Shown: positions 8,798 through 18,097, counted from the stretch's first letter. The stretch: DNA of 64,000 nucleotides from an uncultured Actinomycetota bacterium (GCA_963800505.1 CAWDBL010000024.1:878-64877); one strand, 5' to 3'. Notes: generated from the letters alone by a model not told the origin. Translations and numbers: made by a program.

Positions 8798-9593
8798 GCG
8801 CACCATCGAGCCGGTCGCAGTCCGCCGCCGTCCAGCTCGGCGGTACCTCCCGGCTCAGGACCTCCCGCACCAGGGCCTGGACGAGGGGGTCGCTGGGGAG
8901 GTCGCCGTGGCGGGCTGAAGCCCTCGGGCAGATGCTCTGCAACGACGGGCTCGGCACCCCGTCGACCACGGCCGAGGAGGCCGGCACCACGACCTCGTCG
9001 AGTGTGGTCCACAGCGAGACGAAGACCAGCCCGGCAGGCACCGGCTCCGCGTCGAGCCGCGCCAGCAGCGGGCTGTCGGGCGCAAGTTGGCGGCAGGCCG
9101 CCGGGCAGGAGCCCGCAACCAGCGAGCCCAAGGACGCCAGCTCCGTGCCATGGTGGGGCGAGCCGAGGGTGACGAGGCGGCGCAGGCGGTCGCCGCCGCC
9201 GCCCTCGGTGGCCCACAACCGAGCCACCACGCCGCCGGCGGAGTAGCCCACCACGTCCACCGATGGGGTGAGGGTCCTGGCCAGTGCGGCGTCGACGGCC
9301 ACGCCGAGCACCTTGGCCTGGTCGTCCAGGTCGCCCTGTGCGCGATCGGGGAGGGCGACCACGGTCACGTCGCGGCCCTGTTCGCGCAAGGACCGGGCGA
9401 GCGCATCGAGGGACTGCGTCGACCCGCCATATCCCGGCACGAGCAGCACCGGACCAGCCACCGACTGGTCGACCGGGCTGGCCGGCTGCCGCGAGAGCAG
9501 CGCCGCGAGGAGTCCAGCCAGCAGTGCGAGCACGACGAGTGCAAGCACCGCGAGCACGACTCGACGACGAGCCGGGGCCAGTCGGGAGAGCAC
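8787..9593 (-). CDS. Secreted/anchored alpha/beta hydrolase (lipase/esterase-like)
   Basis: N-terminal TM anchor, 'LLVPGYGGS', nucleophile elbow 'GYSAGG', 'LGSPHHG'. Confidence 0.75.
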   Translation of the reverse strand: MLSRLAPARRRVVLAVLALVVLALLAGLLAALLSRQPASPVDQSVAGPVLLVPGYGGSTQSLDALARSLREQGRDVTVVALPDRAQGDLDDQAKVLGVAVDAALARTLTPSVDVVGYSAGGVVARLWATEGGGGDRLRRLVTLGSPHHGTELASLGSLVAGSCPAACRQLAPDSPLLARLDAEPVPAGLVFVSLWTTLDEVVVPASSAVVDGVPSPSLQSICPRASARHGDLPSDPLVQALVREVLSREVPPSWTAADCDRLDGAPSS

Positions 9594-9679
9594 ACCACAT
9601 CATCGGCCACCAAGCCCGCTAGGCACCTGCATGAGGCAACCGGGCCAGGCAGGACGGTGACAGGCGGCGGCGGGTTTCG

Positions 9680-10159
9680 TCAGGGGCGGATGCCGTCGTA
9701 GTAGTCCAGGTCGGTGCCGGGAGGCAGCACTGGAACGGACACCTCGTTCGCGCCGGCCTCAGGAGTGCTGACGACCAGCGTGACGGTGGCACCGGGAATC
9801 ACCGGTATCGGGCCGAGGTCGACGTTGGTCGGCATCGAGGAGATGCCGTCCCCGGCGAACGGCGCCAAGGTGAACCGAGCGGGTGCCCCACGCTGGTCCA
9901 CCGAGACCGCCACCTCGATCGGCTGTCCGGTGACGTTGACCGCCTGCCCCGTGAGCACTCCGCGCGCGCCTCGCGCCGGGGCGACCACCACGAGGTTCTC
10001 GAACTCGACCCCCTCGATGGTCAACGGGACCCCGTCGGCTTGGATCTGGGGGAACGAGGTGGCGGCCGGCGAGAACAACGAGCACCCCGACAGGGCCACC
10101 ACCATGGCAATCACGGCCAGCCTCCAGCTCCGGCGGAAGGTCCGCGCGTCAACACCCAT
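9680..10159 (-). CDS. Lipoprotein, function unknown
   Basis: Signal peptide plus lipobox 'VVALSGCS'. Beta-rich mature part. Confidence 0.6.
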   Translation of the reverse strand: MGVDARTFRRSWRLAVIAMVVALSGCSLFSPAATSFPQIQADGVPLTIEGVEFENLVVVAPARGARGVLTGQAVNVTGQPIEVAVSVDQRGAPARFTLAPFAGDGISSMPTNVDLGPIPVIPGATVTLVVSTPEAGANEVSVPVLPPGTDLDYYDGIRP

Positions 10160-10165
10160 CCGAGC

Positions 10166-10708
10166 TCACCGTTCCTCACCTCGGTCAGTGGCGGGTCGGG
10201 GCTGGGAGGTCGCGGTCGGAGGAGTGCTGAGCGCGCCCTGCTCGATCTCCTCGTCGGACAGCATGCGGATGCCGTCGTCCGCGGTGGCGCCGCCCTCGGA
10301 CTCGATGAACGACTTGAAGCGTTCGAGGTCGGCCTCGGCCTGTCGCTCGACCACGTCGAGCGCGTCGCCGGCCTTCTCCACCAGCCCCTCGGGCTCGTAG
10401 TCCAGCACCAAGGTCACCGACGTCTGGCCGGCGTCGAGCTCTTCGAAGGTCACCGCACCGGCGTTGGTGGTGCCCTCGGTGGCGGCCCAGGCCACCTTGC
10501 GGTCCGGGACCTGCTCGAGGATGCGGGCCTCCCACTGACGTCGCACGCCGCCGATCTCGGCCACCCAGTCAAGGCGGTCGTCCTCCACCTGCGTGACGCT
10601 CTCGACCCCCTTCATGAACTGGGGGAACTCCTCGAACTGCGTCCACTGGTCGTACGCCCGGCGTACCGGGACGTTGACCATGGTGGACTTCTCGACTCGC
10701 GTGCTCAT
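10166..10708 (-). CDS. SRPBCC-family protein (polyketide cyclase/dehydrase-like, CoxG/COQ10-like)
   Basis: ORF 10166..10819 trimmed to ATG 10708. 'VNVPVRRAYDQWTQFEEFPQFMKGV' is typical of SRPBCC. Acidic C-terminal tail. Confidence 0.8.
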   Translation of the reverse strand: MSTRVEKSTMVNVPVRRAYDQWTQFEEFPQFMKGVESVTQVEDDRLDWVAEIGGVRRQWEARILEQVPDRKVAWAATEGTTNAGAVTFEELDAGQTSVTLVLDYEPEGLVEKAGDALDVVERQAEADLERFKSFIESEGGATADDGIRMLSDEEIEQGALSTPPTATSQPRPATDRGEER

Positions 10709-10886
10709 GCCGTCTCCCTCGCTCGTCTCCTGACGCGCGTAGGCGCGCCGGGTACTGGTGACCTCCCACCATCTCCACCGGACATGACGAGCCACCGGAC
10801 GGTCACATGTCCCTCTCATGACAAGTTGCCCTCCGAGTGCCAGGGTCGGACACGCAGCCGCAGCCAGGCGTGGGCGAGCGGGGGTG

Positions 10887-11612
10887 TCACCCCTTGCGGC
10901 TGGAGGCGCCCAGAATCTGGGCCAGCTCGGTCAGCGACGTCGCCTCGATCTCGGCGCGATGCATGGTGCGGGGGTAGCGGCTGCCGGTTCGGTTGATCCA
11001 GGCGGTGCGCAGTCCGGCCGCGTGCGCGCCGTGGATGTCCCAGGGGTGTACGGCCACCAGCATCGCGTCGGCGGCGGCGACCCGGCAGGTCTCCAGTGCG
11101 TAGTGGTAGGCCGGCGCGGCCGGTTTCCAGGAGGGCGCGTCCTGCACGGACATCAGGGTGTCGAACGCGTCGCCCAGTCCGTTTCGCTCCAGCAGACCTT
11201 CGGCGACGGCGGTGGAGCCGTTGCTCAGGGTCACCAGCCGTGGGCCGAGGGCCTGTAGGGCTCGGATGCCGTCGGCGACGTCGGCGTGCAGCGGCAGCCG
11301 GGCGAACCCGGACATGACGTGTTCGGTGGCCGCATCGGCGTCCGACGCGACGCCCTGCAGGAGGCCGCGCAGAGCGTCCTCGGCAAGCTCGGCGAAGCTG
11401 GGGTTGGCCCTGGTGATGGTCAGGGCGAACCCGTCGCGCAGCAGGCCGGCGAACCAGGTGGCCGCCAGGTGGCCGGGCAGGCCGACCTCATCGAAGCGCG
11501 ACGCCATCGGTGACATGTCGGAGAGCGTCTCGTTGACGTCGAAGACGACCAGGGTTGGTGGGGAGGCCTCGGCCGCGTGGGCGGTCCGCGGCGCAACGGA
11601 CTGCTCCGTCAT
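10887..11612 (-). CDS. Haloacid dehalogenase type II / HAD-superfamily hydrolase
   Basis: 'LVVFDVNETL' (DxxxT nucleophile motif), 'LVTLSNG', 'WKPAAPAYHYA', 'AVHPWDIHGA'. Confidence 0.85.
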   Translation of the reverse strand: MTEQSVAPRTAHAAEASPPTLVVFDVNETLSDMSPMASRFDEVGLPGHLAATWFAGLLRDGFALTITRANPSFAELAEDALRGLLQGVASDADAATEHVMSGFARLPLHADVADGIRALQALGPRLVTLSNGSTAVAEGLLERNGLGDAFDTLMSVQDAPSWKPAAPAYHYALETCRVAAADAMLVAVHPWDIHGAHAAGLRTAWINRTGSRYPRTMHRAEIEATSLTELAQILGASSRKG

Positions 11613-11713
11613 CAGAGCTCCAGTTCTGGTGGCGGCTGGCCACCGACAAGGACTTCCTCTGCTCGATCATGCCCGAGGACCGGACGCCGCGGCGCGCCCG
11701 AAGGCGCGTTCAC

Positions 11714-12727
11714 TCAGACGTGCTGCGGGTCGGGGACGGGCGCGTTGGCCTCTGGTGCTGCTGGGGCCTGCTGCGCGCGGGTGGTGCTGTAGTAGCTGAC
11801 GGCCACCATGGCCAGGCCCAGGGTTGCCCATGCTGAGAGGGCAAGCACAGAACCGGAGATCGCAGCGCCGTCGAACCCGGTGACTCCTCTGACGATGTCG
11901 ACGGTGGCGCCCAGGGGCATCCGGTGACCGAGAGTGGACCAGGGTTCGGGGAGCAGCTCAGGGGCGCTGGTCGCGGCCGACCAGGGGTTGCCCACGATGA
12001 TCAGGGTCAGCTCGGCTGCGATGAGCCCGATGCGTCCGGTCAGGCGGTAGAAGCCGACGAGCACGATGGCGATGGTGGCGACACCGGCGGAGATGGCGGC
12101 CCACTCGGCCACAGCACTGCCGTCGAGAGCGGAGTAGGCGCCACGGATGACGCCCAGGAGCACGGCCCCGAACAGTCCGCCCAGGACGAGGCTGCCGACC
12201 ACCTGACCTCGCCGGGATCCGACGAGGAAGATCAGGATCATGCCCGCGAGGATCCCGCTGATGGTGATGGGGAGCGCGCCGCCGGCAAGGCCGGCTCCGC
12301 GCGGGTCCGCCGCGGGAGTCGGGGCGACGTCGGTGACCGACGCGGCGCCGACCTGTCCGGCGAGCTGGGTGAGGATCTGGGCGACTGCCGGGGAGGCGGA
12401 CGTCGCGATCATCACCTGCGCGACCTCCGGACCCTCGGTCACCAGGGCGCCGTAGACGGTTCGGTCGAGCACGAGCTCGCGCGCGGCTCCTTGATCGGCT
12501 GCCGGAACGACGACGAACCCGCCGGGAGCCCGCTGGTCGAGCACCGCGGCCACCGCCTGGGCGGCTTCGGCCCCACCGGTCACCGCAACGGGGACGTCGC
12601 GGGGGGCTGCCTTGACGCCGGACCCGACGAACGACGTGGCCAGCAGACCGACGAGCAGGAGGGCACCAGTGGCTGCCAAGAGCACGCGGGACACGGACGA
12701 GGACAGAAAGGAATGTTCATTACGCAT
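11714..12727 (-). CDS. Integral membrane protein (ABC-2/YhgE-like permease fold), divergent from the TetR gene
   Basis: N-terminal TM, large extracytoplasmic loop, then five C-terminal TM segments. Confidence 0.7.
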   Translation of the reverse strand: MRNEHSFLSSSVSRVLLAATGALLLVGLLATSFVGSGVKAAPRDVPVAVTGGAEAAQAVAAVLDQRAPGGFVVVPAADQGAARELVLDRTVYGALVTEGPEVAQVMIATSASPAVAQILTQLAGQVGAASVTDVAPTPAADPRGAGLAGGALPITISGILAGMILIFLVGSRRGQVVGSLVLGGLFGAVLLGVIRGAYSALDGSAVAEWAAISAGVATIAIVLVGFYRLTGRIGLIAAELTLIIVGNPWSAATSAPELLPEPWSTLGHRMPLGATVDIVRGVTGFDGAAISGSVLALSAWATLGLAMVAVSYYSTTRAQQAPAAPEANAPVPDPQHV

Positions 12728-12763
12728 ACCGTCAGTATGGCCAGCTGTCGACGGATGTCAACA

Positions 12764-12775
12764 ATGAACGTTCAT
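12764..12775. promoter_or_regulatory. Perfect 12-bp palindrome ATGAACGTTCAT (candidate TetR operator)
   Basis: Lies in the 67-bp divergent intergenic region. The related half-site GTTCAT recurs at 12715..12720. Confidence 0.4.
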
Positions 12776-12794
12776 CTCACCTAGACTGGCGCGC

Positions 12795-13517
12795 ATGCCA
12801 TCCACCTCCCCCACCGGCTCCTCGCAGGACACTTCAGCTGCGCCCGAGGACCCGACCCCTCGGCCGGCTGAACCCGCGCCCGCCGAGGTTCCGGCATCGA
12901 CAGCACGGCGCTCGGCGAAGCGGGACGCGGTGCTCGCGGCCGCGCTGCGCTGCTTCGAGCGCGAGGGGTTCCACCGTGCGAGCATGGCGGCCGTCATCGA
13001 GGAGGCGGGAGTCTCAGCAGGAACGGTGTACCGGTACTTCCCCTCGAAGACCGACCTCATCCGCGCCTGCGCCGAAGAGGTCTTCGGCAATGTCGACGCC
13101 GAGCTCCTTCGCCTCGAGCAGCAGGACCCGCCGCCCCAGCCGGCCGACGTTCTGCCACAGCTGATCGCCGCGGGACTCGACGTCGGTAACCGGTTCGGCG
13201 TCGACCTGACCCGAATCGGTGTCACCACCTGGACCGAGGCTCTGCGTGACCCGCTGGTCATGGAGCAGGTCCAGCAGCGCTACGGCCGGATCCGCTCGGC
13301 GATCACCGTGCTCGCCGCCGGCTGGGCCACCGACGCTGGGCTCAGCGAGGACGACGTCGACGTGGCAGCGGTCGGCCAGGCACTCTTCGGAGCGATCCCC
13401 GGCTTCGTCCTGCAGCACCTGATCTTCGGCGACCTCACACCAGAGCAGTACGGTCGCGGCCTGAAAGACCTCGGCCGGATCATTGCCGGACTGGCTGCGC
13501 CGGACGGCACGAGGTAG
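12795..13517 (+). CDS. TetR/AcrR-family transcriptional regulator
   Basis: HTH 'RRSAKRDAVLAAALRCFEREGFHRASMAAVIEEAGVSAGTVYRYFPSK'. Confidence 0.85.
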   Translation: MPSTSPTGSSQDTSAAPEDPTPRPAEPAPAEVPASTARRSAKRDAVLAAALRCFEREGFHRASMAAVIEEAGVSAGTVYRYFPSKTDLIRACAEEVFGNVDAELLRLEQQDPPPQPADVLPQLIAAGLDVGNRFGVDLTRIGVTTWTEALRDPLVMEQVQQRYGRIRSAITVLAAGWATDAGLSEDDVDVAAVGQALFGAIPGFVLQHLIFGDLTPEQYGRGLKDLGRIIAGLAAPDGTR

Positions 13518-13700
13518 ACAGCCGAGTCAGCAGTCCCCCTTGCTCACGTCACCCCCCGGTATCAAGAGCCCGCAAACCGTCCCGCACCTGTCACCGTGGA
13601 GACACCCCGGACGACGTCGTGCACCAGCCAACGCGATCGCCGCCCGGCGCGAATGGTCCTGGTGTCGGTAGCGAGCGCCGCAGCGCTCGAGCTTGCTGCC

Positions 13701-13760
13701 TCATCGGGAAGGGGGGACCCTCATTGGGAAGGGGGGACCTTCATTGGGAAGGGGGGACCC
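13701..13760 (+). repeat. Three head-to-tail 20-bp repeats TCAT(C/T)GGGAAGGGGGGACC(C/T)
   Basis: Read directly at 13701-13720, 13721-13740 and 13741-13760. The array ends 29 nt before the dtpT ATG. Confidence 0.95.
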
Positions 13761-13789
13761 TCGACTCAGCTGCCTGACCAGGAGGACAC

Positions 13790-15310
13790 ATGAGCACCGC
13801 CTCGGCCGCCCGGAGCAGAAACTCAGACACTGACGGGGGTGACCGGGCGTTCTTCGGCCAGCCCAAGGGTTTGGGGACCCTGTTCTTCGTCGAGCTCTGG
13901 GAGCGGTTCTCCTACTACGGGATGCGCGCCATCCTGCTGTACTTCCTGATCGCGACGACCGCCGACGGCGGCCTGGGGATCGACGAGACGACCGGTACCG
14001 CGGTGGTCACCATCTACGGGGCCTCGGTCTACCTGCTGTCGATCATCGGTGGGTTCACCGCCGACCGGATGTTCGGGCCCAGGCGCTCGACGCTCTACGG
14101 CGCGCTGGTCATCATGGCCGGCCACATCTGCCTGTCGATCCCGGCCTCGGCGACCGCCTGGCTCGGCATCGCCCTCGTCGCCTTCGGCACCGGGCTCCTG
14201 AAGCCCAACATCTCGACGATGGTGGGCATGCAGTACAGCAGCGATGACCCCCGCCGTGACGCGGGGTTCTCGATCTTCTACATGTCGATCAACATCGGCG
14301 CCTTCTTCTCACCGCTCATCGTCGGCTGGTTGCGTGACAACTACGGCTTCCACGTCGGATTCTCCGCCGCCGCCGTCGGCATGGCCGTTGCGGTCGTGTG
14401 GTTCGTTCGTGGTCGCAAGGTGCTGGGGCCCCACGTCGACGACGTGCCCAACCCACTCACCAAGGAAGAGCAGGTGAAGGTGGGCGGTCTGGCCGCCGGC
14501 GCCGTGGTCGCCTTCGCGCTCGTCGTGGTGCTCGCCGGCATGTGGCGCGACACGATTCTCGAGCAGGTCATCGACGCCATCTCGATCGTCGCGCTGCTCA
14601 CCCCGATCGCCTACTTCACCGTGATGTTCCGCAGCTCGAAGGTCGAGACAGAGGAGAAGTCGCACCTGCTCGCGTACGTGCCGCTCTGGATCGGCGCCAT
14701 GCTCTTCTGGATGATCTTCGAGCAGGCCGCCGGGAAGATGGCCCTGTTCGCCGCCGATCGCACGGTCACCGAGACGGCCGGTATCGACATCAGCCCGGAG
14801 TGGTTCCAGTCGGTCAACCCGCTCGCCATCGTGGTGCTCGCGCCCGTTGCCGGCTGGATCTGGACGCGGCGTGCCGGACGCTTCCCGTCGACCCCGATGA
14901 AGTTCGTCCTCGGCGTCACGCTCATCGGGCTGTCGGCGCTCGCCATGTCGTGGGCCTTCGCCACCTTCCAGGGCAACACTGCGCCCGTCTACATCCTCGG
15001 TGGCGTGTTCGTGATGCAGACCGTGGCCGAGCTCTGCATCTCGCCCGTCGGCCTCTCCGCCACCACCCGACTGGCGCCCAAGGCCTTCGCCAGCCAGGCG
15101 ATGGCCCTGTGGTTCCTCGGCAGCGCCGCCGGTCAGGCGCTGGCGGCCCAGATGATCCAAGCGATGGGCGACCTCTCGGACTCCACCTACTACCTGGTGA
15201 ACGCGGTCATCACCCTCGTGGTGGCCGGCATCCTGTTGGCGCTGGTGCCGTGGATCCGCACCAAGATGGCGACCGCCGAACTGCACGCCGTCGCGTCGGG
15301 GGCGCACTGA
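13790..15310 (+). CDS. dtpT: POT/PTR2-family proton-dependent di/tripeptide transporter
   Basis: PTR2 signatures 'GLGTLFFVELWERFSYYGMRAILLYFL' and 'FSIFYMSINIGAF'. AGGAGG lies 5 nt before the ATG. Confidence 0.9.
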   Translation: MSTASAARSRNSDTDGGDRAFFGQPKGLGTLFFVELWERFSYYGMRAILLYFLIATTADGGLGIDETTGTAVVTIYGASVYLLSIIGGFTADRMFGPRRSTLYGALVIMAGHICLSIPASATAWLGIALVAFGTGLLKPNISTMVGMQYSSDDPRRDAGFSIFYMSINIGAFFSPLIVGWLRDNYGFHVGFSAAAVGMAVAVVWFVRGRKVLGPHVDDVPNPLTKEEQVKVGGLAAGAVVAFALVVVLAGMWRDTILEQVIDAISIVALLTPIAYFTVMFRSSKVETEEKSHLLAYVPLWIGAMLFWMIFEQAAGKMALFAADRTVTETAGIDISPEWFQSVNPLAIVVLAPVAGWIWTRRAGRFPSTPMKFVLGVTLIGLSALAMSWAFATFQGNTAPVYILGGVFVMQTVAELCISPVGLSATTRLAPKAFASQAMALWFLGSAAGQALAAQMIQAMGDLSDSTYYLVNAVITLVVAGILLALVPWIRTKMATAELHAVASGAH

Positions 15311-15370
15311 ACCGACCGGCCCTGCGCCTGCGGGCCGAGCCGTCACACCGCGACTGCGGCATCCGACAAC

Positions 15371-15407
15371 GAGAAACCCCCGAACCGACGTTTCCGCAGT
15401 TCAGGGG
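15371..15407 (-). terminator. Hairpin terminator after tRNA-Asn (possibly bidirectional with dtpT)
   Basis: On the reverse strand: CCCCTGAAC, 13-nt loop, GTTCGGGGG, followed by TTTCTCGTT. Confidence 0.5.
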
Positions 15408-15420
15408 CTTCTTGGGGGCG

Positions 15421-15493
15421 CTCCCCCGGTTGGACTCGAACCAACAACCTGCCGATTAACAGTCGGCTGCTCTGCCAATTGAGCTACAGGGGA
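15421..15493 (-). tRNA. tRNA-Asn (anticodon GTT)
   Basis: Manually folded 73-nt cloverleaf: acceptor TCCCCTG/CGGGGGA, D arm GCTC-AATTGGCA-GAGC, anticodon arm GCCGA-CTGTTAA-TCGGC, T arm GTTGG-TTCGAGT-CCAAC. CCA is not encoded. Confidence 0.95.
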
Positions 15494-15556
15494 AAGCCTG
15501 CCGCGGGATCGCCGCAGCAGCGCCCGGCAACGATAGCAAAGGGAGCACCCATGTTC

Positions 15557-15575
15557 GAAAACGGGCGGGCGCCCG
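15557..15575 (-). terminator. Short GC hairpin plus T-tract after the dnaG operon
   Basis: On the reverse strand CGGGCG..CGCCCG followed by TTTTC, 7 nt after the stop at 15582. Confidence 0.4.
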
Positions 15576-15581
15576 GCGCGC

Positions 15582-16115
15582 TCAGGTCAGGCCCACCTGC
15601 TCGCGCACCCGCGCGAGACCGGCCTGCACCTGCTCGGACACCCCCGGGTCGGTGCTGCGCACCCCGGGCCCGAGCAGCACCTGGCTGAGCAGGGCGCGGG
15701 TGGTGAGGTCCTCGCGCACGACCACCCGGGCGGTGCGCCGGTTGCCCAGGTCGATCGCCTCGGAGAGCACCACCGACGCCTGCACCCGCTCGCGCAGCGT
15801 CACGGGCAGCGACTGCGGGTCGGCCAGCACGAAGCGCGCGGGGCGCTCGCCGTCGACCCAGGTGACGCGCAGCGAGCCGTCCTCGCCGCTCCACAGGCCG
15901 GCATCCACGAGGTGCCACGGCCGCGACAGCGTGACGGTGAGGCCGTCGGGGCCGGGCGCCACGGCATACAGGCGGTGCCGACCGGCGACGACCGTGACGC
16001 CGCTGCCGTCCTCGACCGCCCACGCCAGCAGCTTCTCGTGCTCCTCGGGGTCGATGGCCGCGGCGACGTCGGCGGGCACGGCCGGGCGGCGCAGTCCCGA
16101 CCACTCGAGCTTCAC
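15582..16115 (-). CDS. Conserved hypothetical protein co-transcribed with dnaG
   Basis: GTG start overlaps the dnaG stop (GTGA). 177 aa with a protein-like composition. Confidence 0.6.
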   Translation of the reverse strand: MKLEWSGLRRPAVPADVAAAIDPEEHEKLLAWAVEDGSGVTVVAGRHRLYAVAPGPDGLTVTLSRPWHLVDAGLWSGEDGSLRVTWVDGERPARFVLADPQSLPVTLRERVQASVVLSEAIDLGNRRTARVVVREDLTTRALLSQVLLGPGVRSTDPGVSEQVQAGLARVREQVGLT

Positions 16116-18049
16116 GACGAGAGCCGTTCGCGAAGGGCGACGCGCTCGAGCTCGAGGCGGTGCAGGGCCATGGTGCGCTCCCGGAGGTCGGCAGGGTCGG
16201 AGTCGGGGTCGTTCTGCACGCGGCGCACCGAGGCCATGGCATCGGCGATCAGCCGGCCGAGCTGGGCGTCGCGCACCCCGACGACCAGCGAGTCGAGGTA
16301 GCGCTGCGGCGGCAGGCCCGAGGAGGAGTCGAAGCGGGTGGGCAGCGGGGCGACGGACAGCTCGGAGACCAGGCCGCGCACGGCCAGCGGAGCCGCCTCG
16401 CCGACCGCTGCCACCCAGGCCGCGGTCGAGGCCTTGCGGGCGGTGGGGGCGGCGATGCGGATGCCGTCGAGCACGGCCCGGTGAGCGGGCGCCACGAACG
16501 CCTCGGGCCGCAGCGAGTCGACGGCCTCGTCGGGAAACTGCTGGGGGTACTGGATGAGCGCCTGGAGCAGCTGGCGCTCGGTGAAGACGACGGGGTCTCG
16601 CAGGTCGGGAACCGGCAGCGGGGCCGCCTCCCCGGGAGCCGGCTCGGGCACCTCGTCGGTGCCGGCCGGCGCGTGCCGGGGGTCGGCCACCTCGTCATGG
16701 CGCATCCGCCCGGCCTTCTTGACCTCGGCGGCCATCTGCTCCACCTCGATGCCGAGCCACCCCGAGACGGTGCGGGTGTACTCGGGGCGCAGGCTGGTGT
16801 CGCGGATCGAGCCGATGATCGGGGCCACGGCCTTCATCGCCTGCACCCGGCCCTCGGCCGTGTCGAGGTCGAAGCGGCGGATGGTGGTGCGCACCGCGAA
16901 CTCGAACATCGGCACGGCGTCGTCGACGAGGGCGCGCACGGCGGCATCCCCCTTGGCGATGCGCAGCTCGCACGGGTCCATGCCGTCGGGGGCGACGGCG
17001 ACGAACGACTGCGCGGCCCAGCGCTGGTCCTCGCCGAACGCCTTCATCGCGGCCTTCTGGCCGGCGGCGTCGCCGTCGAAGGTGAAGATGACGCGCGCCT
17101 GGGGGCCGTCGGTCTCGTCACGCATGATGCGGCGCAGGATCTTGATGTGGTCGACCCCGAACGCGGTGCCGCAGGTGGCCACCGCGCCCTCCACGCCGCT
17201 CAGGTGCGCGGCCATCACGTCGGTGTAGCCCTCGACCACGATGGCCCTCCGCTCGGTGGAGATCGCCTTCTTGGCGGCGTCGAGGCCGTAGAGCACCTGC
17301 GACTTCTTGTAGATCGGGGTCTCTGAGGTGTTGAGGTACTTGGCGGCGATCCGGTCGTCGTCGAACAGCCGCCGCGCGCCGAAGCCGACGGTGTCTCCGG
17401 TGGTGTCGCGGATGGGCCAGACCAGACGCCCGCGGAAGCGGTCGTAGAGGCCGCGGCTGCCGCGCCCGGACAGCCCGCCGGTGACCATCTCGTCCTCGGT
17501 GAAGCCGCGCTCGCGCAGGTGCCGGCTCAGCGCCTCGCCACCCGGTGGCGCGAAGCCGATGCCGAACCGCTCCGCGGCCGCGCCGTCGAAGCCCCGCTCG
17601 CGCAGGAAGTCGCGGCCGACCCGGGCGTCGGGCTTGGCGGTGTCGAGCAGGATCTCGGCGTAGAACTCCTGGGCCACCCGGTGCGCCTCGATGAGCCGCG
17701 ACCGCTTGCCCAGCGACATGCCGCCCTCCCGGGGACCACCGCCCTCCTCGTAGCGCAGCTCGATGCCGAGCTTGGCGGCGAGGCGCTCGATGGACTCGGT
17801 GAAGGTGAGGTGCTCGACCTTCTGCACGAACGAGATGACGTCGCCGCCCTCGCCGCACCCGAAGCAGTGGTAGCTGCCGACCGTAGGCCGCACCGTGAAG
17901 CTGGGGGTCTTCTCGTCGTGGAAGGGGCACAGGCCCTTCAGCGAGCCCACGCCGGCCGGGCGCAGGGTCACGTGGTCGCTCACGACGCCCTCGATGGACG
18001 TGCGCTCCTTGACCGTCGCGATGTCCTCGGCCCGGATCCGACCCGCCAC
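16112..18049 (-). CDS. dnaG: DNA primase
   Basis: Zinc ribbon 'CPFHDEKTPSFTV...YHCFGCGEGGDVISF'. TOPRIM 'VVEGYTDV' and 'FDGDAAGQKA'. Confidence 0.95.
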   Translation of the reverse strand: MAGRIRAEDIATVKERTSIEGVVSDHVTLRPAGVGSLKGLCPFHDEKTPSFTVRPTVGSYHCFGCGEGGDVISFVQKVEHLTFTESIERLAAKLGIELRYEEGGGPREGGMSLGKRSRLIEAHRVAQEFYAEILLDTAKPDARVGRDFLRERGFDGAAAERFGIGFAPPGGEALSRHLRERGFTEDEMVTGGLSGRGSRGLYDRFRGRLVWPIRDTTGDTVGFGARRLFDDDRIAAKYLNTSETPIYKKSQVLYGLDAAKKAISTERRAIVVEGYTDVMAAHLSGVEGAVATCGTAFGVDHIKILRRIMRDETDGPQARVIFTFDGDAAGQKAAMKAFGEDQRWAAQSFVAVAPDGMDPCELRIAKGDAAVRALVDDAVPMFEFAVRTTIRRFDLDTAEGRVQAMKAVAPIIGSIRDTSLRPEYTRTVSGWLGIEVEQMAAEVKKAGRMRHDEVADPRHAPAGTDEVPEPAPGEAAPLPVPDLRDPVVFTERQLLQALIQYPQQFPDEAVDSLRPEAFVAPAHRAVLDGIRIAAPTARKASTAAWVAAVGEAAPLAVRGLVSELSVAPLPTRFDSSSGLPPQRYLDSLVVGVRDAQLGRLIADAMASVRRVQNDPDSDPADLRERTMALHRLELERVALRERLSS

Positions 18050-18097
18050 TGGCCCTCCTTCCCGGCTCGCTCGGCTGTCCCTCGACTGTGCGCGAGT

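Noticed and set aside
7038-8806. Reverse ORFs 7038..7949 and 7475..8806, antisense to the ABC ATPase and permease
   Set aside because: The forward frames carry the Walker A/B and ABC signature motifs and clean TM helices. The reverse translations are compositionally biased shadows.
13701-13760. Possibility that the 20-bp repeats are a small CRISPR array
   Set aside because: The repeats are directly adjacent with no spacers, there are only three copies, and no cas genes are in the window.
13596-13793. 65-aa upstream ORF whose stop overlaps the dtpT ATG and which reads through the 20-bp repeats
   Set aside because: No SD, a GTG start in a poor context, and a repeat period of 20 bp that gives no consistent peptide. 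It is more likely non-coding leader DNA, but a regulatory uORF cannot be fully excluded.
15311-15581. tRNA-Asn as an integration site for a prophage or genomic island
   Set aside because: There is no integrase, no duplicated tRNA 3' half and no phage-like genes on either side. The tRNA sits in its usual place downstream of the dnaG operon.
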